Below, in pieces: positions 62,235-64,000 of a DNA stretch of 64,000 nucleotides. Numbering within the stretch: position 1 is the stretch's first letter; the number at the start of each line of letters is the position of its first letter. Position numbers and translations under genes: made by a program. The notes below the pieces were generated by a model. That model did not search any database. It was given only the letters and a program-made list of their open reading frames with translations, and was not told where the DNA came from. Location of the stretch: NCBI GenBank assembly GCA_947627905.1, contig CANQXX010000005.1, positions 6,925-70,924 on the forward strand, read 5' to 3'. The DNA is from an uncultured Clostridia bacterium. Its GTDB lineage: Bacteria > Bacillota > Clostridia > Oscillospirales > Ruminococcaceae.

Positions 62235-62600
62235 ATGACTAAAGCTGAAAACAAACTTTTTGATTCTCTTAAAGAATTGGGCGTGGATATCGAGGGTACT
62301 ATCTCGCGCTTTATGGACGATGACGTCATATATACAAAGTTTCTGTCACGCTTTCCCGATGAGGACAGAATAACGCCCATAAAAGAAGCTGCCGCTGCCG
62401 GAGATAACGGCGCGCTGCTCAGTACGGCGCATAAACTTAAAGGAGTTTCGGCAAATCTTGGAATGGGTGCTCTCTCTGCCAAGGCGGAAAGGATAGTTTC
62501 CAAGTTAAGGAACAATATTTCCGAAGGTCTGGACGAGGACATCGCCGAGACGGAACGGGAATATGACATCATTTGCAGAACCATTCTTGAAAACAGATAA
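62235..62600 (+). CDS. stand-alone histidine phosphotransfer (Hpt) domain protein
   Basis: 'LLSTAHKLKGVSANLGMGAL' carries the HxxKG phospho-His motif. The ATG at 62235 lies 7 nt after AAAGGAA. The ORF-track start at 62145 coincides with the -35 box. Confidence 0.7.
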   Translation: MTKAENKLFDSLKELGVDIEGTISRFMDDDVIYTKFLSRFPDEDRITPIKEAAAAGDNGALLSTAHKLKGVSANLGMGALSAKAERIVSKLRNNISEGLDEDIAETEREYDIICRTILENR

Positions 62601-62614
62601 AAACACGCTTCACA

Positions 62615-63886
62615 TCATTCGGTGTGAAGCGTATCTTTTAATTTGCGTTCATGAAGATATTCTGCCGCAAACTGTATTTTTGTGGCGTTAAAGCCGCTTT
62701 CAAGCGGATAAATGAAATATGTGTTATCTACCGTGGAAAGGGTTATGCACTGACCTTTCTTTTCACGGTAGTTATATTCCATATGTACCGAAAACATTGA
62801 CGCGGGCGAAAATTCAAGAGTTTTCTCTTCGGTCTCGCCGTAGTCGGTAAATGTCAGGCTGAACCCTTTTTCGTTATGGATAAGCCGTCCCTCACCAAGA
62901 TCTATGAAATTTACCGCATTGGGCAGGGACTCTATCTTTATCCGCATATCAAGGGAATACTCTCCCCGTTCTATTTCTGCGATCACCTGCCGGCGCTCCC
63001 ATTCGTACCAGTTTGGAATGTGGGAAAATCCGTCCTCTTTTTTATCGGGAAGTGTGACCATTCGCCCGTATTCGGTCATAAAACGCGCCGCGCCGCAGTT
63101 TTGGCAGGATATTTCCGCGCCGCTTGATATCATCTGAAATTCTGCGCCGCAGGACGGACATTTGTAAAGAGGGAGTTCTATCCCCTCAGCACGCTTTTCG
63201 TAGGTTATCGCCATTTTGTTTTCGTATTGATATGCATATTCGTCATATGAAAGATACTCTTTTATTTTTGCGTTTATTTCATTTACAGAAGCTGCGCGAA
63301 GCTCTTCACGGGTGTATATCTGCGTTATCTCGGCTTTCAGACGCACGCCCTTGCGCTTTTTTACGTTCCAGATAGGCGATTGCAGATAATTTCCGTGCAT
63401 ATTCAGTGCTACAAGGGGAACATCGAGGCTTTTTGCAAGCTTTCCCACCGATCCGGGGAGCTTTGAGCTTGTTCCCACATTTGCATATTTTGCTTCCGGA
63501 TAAAGCACAAGTATGCCGCCGCGGTCAATAACGTTTCGGATATTCCGTATAAGCAGAATGTCGTTGACAAACTTCCGGGTGCCAAGGCAGCCCGCCTGAC
63601 GGTAGAGCCACTCTCCGTAATTTTCAAAGCCCTCCAGTTCGGAAACATAATTTGCCCTGTGCGGAAACAGCGCCAGCGGCGTTACATAAAAATCCATGAA
63701 CGCATGATGCGTGGCAAGGACAAGAAACGGTGGTTTAAGACCTTTCATTCTGTTCCGGCTGATCTTCAGTCCCGTTCCTCTTGTCAGAAGAAAGCATATA
63801 GCCCATATCAACGGCATAAAAAACAGATTCTGCTTCGGGGGTATCCTTTTCCGGTCAAAAGGAACGGTAACTATCTTCTTTTTCAT
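62615..63886 (-). CDS. lysophospholipid (PlsC-like) acyltransferase family protein with an internal zinc ribbon
   Basis: 'LATHHAFMDF' is the HX4D motif. 'LVLYPEAKY' resembles the acyltransferase motif III region. Zinc ribbon 'CPSCGAEFQMISSGAEISCQNCG'. Confidence 0.75.
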   Translation of the reverse strand: MKKKIVTVPFDRKRIPPKQNLFFMPLIWAICFLLTRGTGLKISRNRMKGLKPPFLVLATHHAFMDFYVTPLALFPHRANYVSELEGFENYGEWLYRQAGCLGTRKFVNDILLIRNIRNVIDRGGILVLYPEAKYANVGTSSKLPGSVGKLAKSLDVPLVALNMHGNYLQSPIWNVKKRKGVRLKAEITQIYTREELRAASVNEINAKIKEYLSYDEYAYQYENKMAITYEKRAEGIELPLYKCPSCGAEFQMISSGAEISCQNCGAARFMTEYGRMVTLPDKKEDGFSHIPNWYEWERRQVIAEIERGEYSLDMRIKIESLPNAVNFIDLGEGRLIHNEKGFSLTFTDYGETEEKTLEFSPASMFSVHMEYNYREKKGQCITLSTVDNTYFIYPLESGFNATKIQFAAEYLHERKLKDTLHTE

Positions 63887-63887
63887 A

Positions 63888-64000
63888 TCAGTCTACGAGC
63901 TTGGGGTCGAAAGTCTCTTTCCAAGGCAGTCCCCATTTGTTGAGAGCTTCCATAAACGGATCGGGATCAAATTCCTCTACATTATATACTCCCGGCTTTT
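63888..64000 (-). CDS. 3' end of an unidentified upstream gene (37 codons visible)
   Basis: The minus frame reads '...KPGVYNVEEFDPDPFMEALNKWGLPWKETFDPKLVD*'. Its TGA (63888-63890) lies 1 nt before the acyltransferase ATG, which suggests an operon. Confidence 0.35.
   Translation of the reverse strand, partial: KPGVYNVEEFDPDPFMEALNKWGLPWKETFDPKLVD

Noticed and set aside
1-64000. Prophage, integrative element or insertion-sequence content that could explain the accessory adhesins.
   Set aside because: No integrase, transposase, recombinase, tRNA attachment site or phage structural gene is recognisable anywhere in the window.

Overview
64-kb chromosomal window that looks like a spore-forming Firmicute of the class Clostridia. 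I infer this from spoVAC, the GGAGG-type ribosome-binding sites, the TTGACA/TATAAT promoters and the gene content. All product calls come from reading motifs in the supplied translations; no database or RNA-family search was run.

About 24 kb is taken up by two giant wall-anchored adhesins. One is over 4,400 aa and cut off by the window start. The other is 3,624 aa. Both end in NPxTG sorting signals and share a C-terminal cassette.

Between the two adhesins lie:
- an M20 amidohydrolase;
- a self-contained promoter, hairpin array and terminator unit, which is a candidate structured ncRNA or repeat element of about 340 nt;
- a 9-gene CUT1-like sugar ABC operon. It has one 980-aa binding protein, two permease pairs and no ATPase. 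It also carries an embedded trio of NHL/TPR protein, Yip1 protein and a 766-aa secreted protein;
- an orphan spoVAC.

Downstream of the second adhesin lie:
- nadB, prmC and mntP;
- a second copy of the hairpin element, enclosed by perfect 22-bp inverted repeats;
- gap, an MtaD-like deaminase and an Fe-S aldo/keto reductase;
- a type II fatty-acid synthesis and acetyl-CoA carboxylase cluster: fabD, divergent from fabH-orf-fabG-fabF-accB-fabZ-accC-orf-accD-accA-acpP;
- aroE and a small protein with an NrdD-type glycyl-radical C-terminus;
- a PP2C phosphatase, an amidohydrolase and a fumarase alpha subunit;
- a G5/3D wall protein, an orphan Hpt protein and an acyltransferase.

I saw no rRNA, tRNA, CRISPR array, transposase or integrase.

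The most interesting items are the repeated structured intergenic element with its GTTGAGA promoter-like module, the accessory genes in the ABC operon, the vWA domain apparently split by a LamG-containing insertion, and the stand-alone NrdD-like mini-protein.
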